The notes under the pieces: model-generated
Databases searched by the model: none
What the model saw: only the letters and a program-made list of their open reading frames with translations
Told to the model about the DNA's origin: nothing
Made by a program: the position numbers and the translations under genes
From: Promethearchaeota archaeon
GTDB taxonomy: Archaea > Asgardarchaeota > Lokiarchaeia > Sigyniarchaeales > SOKP01
DNA: 64,000 nt
Direction: 5' to 3'
Assembly (NCBI GenBank): GCA_048940445.1
Contig: JBHLON010000007.1
Span: forward strand, 28,663-92,662
Shown here: piece by piece, positions 61,691 to 64,000 of the stretch
Layout: each line of letters opens with the position of its first letter
How positions within the stretch are numbered: the stretch's first letter is position 1

Positions 61691-63112
61691 TTATTTGTTG
61701 GCTAATTCTTCTTTGCGAGATTTGAGTATCTCAGCTCTTTCTTTCAAGATGACTTTAATCTGCATTTTATCATTTGGAAACCATTTTATTGCTAAAAGCC
61801 ATAATATTACTCCTGGGAAAATACAGAAACAAACTATAATGACTGTTAGTTGGTAATTCGCATTTGATACTAATAACAAAGTTCCACATAACAGAGGACC
61901 TATTCCTCTTCCAAATTGTTCTAAAAACTGATTCCATGAAAAAATTTGGCCCTGTGCTTCTGGTAAATTAATTTGTTGAATAACAGGACTTTGATTTACG
62001 ATATATAATGAAAAAATTGACCTTGATGTAAAGAAGAGTGCTCCCATCATCCACATCGTCGGTAAAGCCATGATATATGGTATACTTTTTCCTTGTTCTG
62101 GAGTTAAAGGAGACCAAGGAAGGAAGAAGAAAAGAGCAAATGTTACTAAACCACCTATGATAGAAATTACAATAATGGGTAATCTTTTCACTTGATCTTG
62201 CATTGCAATCTTATCACTTACTCTTGATAAAAATATCTGTCCTACTAATCCTCCAGTTAATCCAAAAATAACCATAAAAACTCCTATTGAAAAGGGAGAA
62301 AGATTATAAGGAGGACTTTGGACATAAGTCAAAATCAAAAAATTTAGACTACTCATTAAGATACATGTAAAAATTCCTTCGATTAGAGCTACAGAATTAG
62401 TTTTACTTAGCATTGTTTTACGCATCATTTTTCTATTTATTTCAAAATTATATTCTATTGAGTGGTTTTGCAGGATATGAATTAATTCCTCTTGTTGAGA
62501 GCCTCTTTTTGGCTCTTTATTTTGAATTGCAAAGATTATCCCTCCAAGAAGAATAGAAATCCCTATACCCCAAAAGAATTCTCTCCATAAACCATTCTGG
62601 ACTAAAAAAGTCGCAAATAACCATCCAATTATATTAGTTGTATTAAGCACAATTTGATACACTCCAAAAAATCGAGAACGCCTTTCTTGTTTTACAACAT
62701 CATTAGATAAAGAATTGATTGCTGGCCATGAACCACCAGCAAAAAATCCAAAAATAGCAATAAAAACTAAGAAATACCACCATGTATTGTTTTCACCACC
62801 ATAAACTGCAAATCCTAGGAAGAACATCGATAATCCGCGAAAAAATGAAATGATAATGATGATCTTCTTACGGGAATACTTATCAATAAATCTTCCGAAT
62901 AACAATCCCGAAAAAGAAGATGACCAAGATAAAGTGGTGTACAATATACCCATTTCTAAAGCATGGATAGCTGGTAGATCATTTGGCCAAATAATTAAAG
63001 CAAGAGGGACAACTAATACTATAATTGCCCCATACGCTATACTTTGAAAACCATTTAATAAATATAAAGGCCAAAAAATTCGATTAAAAGACTTTTCACT
63101 ATTCGAGCTCAT
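61691..63112 (-). CDS. MFS transporter
   Basis: About 12 TMs; GRFIDKYSRK motif A; WREFF...EPKRG. Confidence 0.85.
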   Translation of the reverse strand: MSSNSEKSFNRIFWPLYLLNGFQSIAYGAIIVLVVPLALIIWPNDLPAIHALEMGILYTTLSWSSSFSGLLFGRFIDKYSRKKIIIIISFFRGLSMFFLGFAVYGGENNTWWYFLVFIAIFGFFAGGSWPAINSLSNDVVKQERRSRFFGVYQIVLNTTNIIGWLFATFLVQNGLWREFFWGIGISILLGGIIFAIQNKEPKRGSQQEELIHILQNHSIEYNFEINRKMMRKTMLSKTNSVALIEGIFTCILMSSLNFLILTYVQSPPYNLSPFSIGVFMVIFGLTGGLVGQIFLSRVSDKIAMQDQVKRLPIIVISIIGGLVTFALFFFLPWSPLTPEQGKSIPYIMALPTMWMMGALFFTSRSIFSLYIVNQSPVIQQINLPEAQGQIFSWNQFLEQFGRGIGPLLCGTLLLVSNANYQLTVIIVCFCIFPGVILWLLAIKWFPNDKMQIKVILKERAEILKSRKEELANK

Positions 63113-63476
63113 ACCTTCTAAGCTTTACCACTAATTTCTTATGATGTTTGGTAAAATATGTTTTAAAATTTTAATGTGATGGATTAACAAATTTGGAGGA
63201 ATATTTGAAATTTTGATAATTGTAAATTGATAGTTTAAATTTTATTAAGATAAACCTAATTTTTTAACAATATGATAATGATTCTACTATTTACAGTAGT
63301 TTTTTAGGCCTAAATGCGGAATCGAAGAATTTAAAATTCATTGCTCTGGTTAAGAAAAGTTTATAATTTCATACGAAATCAAATATTATTATTTAGATTA
63401 CCTTTTTATATAAAAGAACACTTAACTAAAGATAAATTAGTATTAGATTATTTGAGCATCATACAAGAGGCTTTAG

Positions 63477-64000
63477 ATGTTTATGAATAACGATAATCAG
63501 TTGATAAAAGCACTTCATTCTAAATCCATTAAAGGAATCATCTTTGATTTTGATGGTACTCTTCTTGATATTAGCGAAGCGCTTAGAACATCCATAGAAG
63601 AAGTTTTTGAACGTAAAAAGTTAACAGCAGATATCGATACGACTATTGGAGAAATTGGTGCCTTAATGGAAACGATTCAAGCTTTACCTCTTCCCAAAAT
63701 TATGCTTCAGTCTCATGAATTAGTTAAGCATATATCCTCTTTTCAATCTTTGACATACCTAAAAAAGTTAGAAATTGCGGCAAGAATTTTTACGAAATAT
63801 CTTACATATGCGAAAGAATCACCATTTTTTCCTGGTTCTATAGAGTTACTAAAAAAATTAAGTAAATCATATGATCTTTTTATTGTGTCTCATAATCAAA
63901 CAAGAAATTTAGAGGATCATTTAGAAAGATTAGGGATTGAAAATTTATTCAAAGGAGTCTACGGAGCCGACTTATTACCAGAACTTAAGCCAAGTCCTGA
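63477..64000 (+). CDS. HAD-family hydrolase (phosphoglycolate phosphatase-like), 3' end outside window
   Basis: Not in ORF track. Reads MFMNND...GIIFDFDGTLLD...FPGS...VSHN...LKPSP. Confidence 0.85.
   Translation, partial: MFMNNDNQLIKALHSKSIKGIIFDFDGTLLDISEALRTSIEEVFERKKLTADIDTTIGEIGALMETIQALPLPKIMLQSHELVKHISSFQSLTYLKKLEIAARIFTKYLTYAKESPFFPGSIELLKKLSKSYDLFIVSHNQTRNLEDHLERLGIENLFKGVYGADLLPELKPSP

Noticed and set aside
4141-63047. Short ORFs overlapping larger genes (e.g. 4141, 4537, 7967, 8949, 10217, 12890, 13334, 16901, 17368, 17637, 19621, 25513, 26408, 28214, 28290, 28698, 38001, 41475, 43915, 46377, 48157, 49578, 50347, 57245, 58891, 60906, 60925, 62850)
   Set aside because: Antisense or alternate-frame shadows of well-supported genes with no independent coding signal.
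1-64000. CRISPR arrays, tRNA/rRNA genes, IS elements, integrases, diversity-generating retroelement
   Set aside because: No regularly spaced repeats, cloverleaf or rRNA-like GC-rich tracts, transposase, integrase or reverse transcriptase seen. The 59-bp repeat pair lies inside two coding paralogues, and its mismatches are not at adenines of one template copy on the coding strand.

Overview
AT-rich, gene-dense archaeal chromosomal window whose content points to an Asgard archaeon, most likely Lokiarchaeia/Promethearchaeota. Supporting genes include gelsolin-domain proteins, longin domains, a longin-small GTPase fusion, a Rab-like GTPase, a Loki-CTERM-type sorting tail, a geranylgeranyl reductase and several beta-oxidation paralogues. 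I see no rRNA, tRNA, CRISPR array or transposase. The main find is a protein-coding gene that the ORF track truncates: a low-molecular-weight protein tyrosine phosphatase (31479-31973, minus strand). Its catalytic CX5R loop is interrupted by a 21-nt insert containing a stop codon (31913-31933). The insert sits in a bulge-helix-bulge-like RNA structure, and cutting at the canonical tRNA-splicing-endonuclease positions removes exactly those 21 nt and restores C-T-G-N-T-A-R-S. This is a candidate tRNA-type (BHB) intron in an Asgard mRNA. The second highlight is a ~15-kb array of five large secreted, membrane-anchored proteins (9958-24737). They fall into two families, one gene is a tandem fusion, and all share a conserved basic cytoplasmic tail. 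The array contains a gelsolin-like pseudogene and is followed by gelsolin-like and longin genes. The rest is metabolism and housekeeping: nadB, nrdJ, tnaA, hypD, XPF, fatty-acid oxidation and transporters. All calls come from motif reading by eye; no searches were run.
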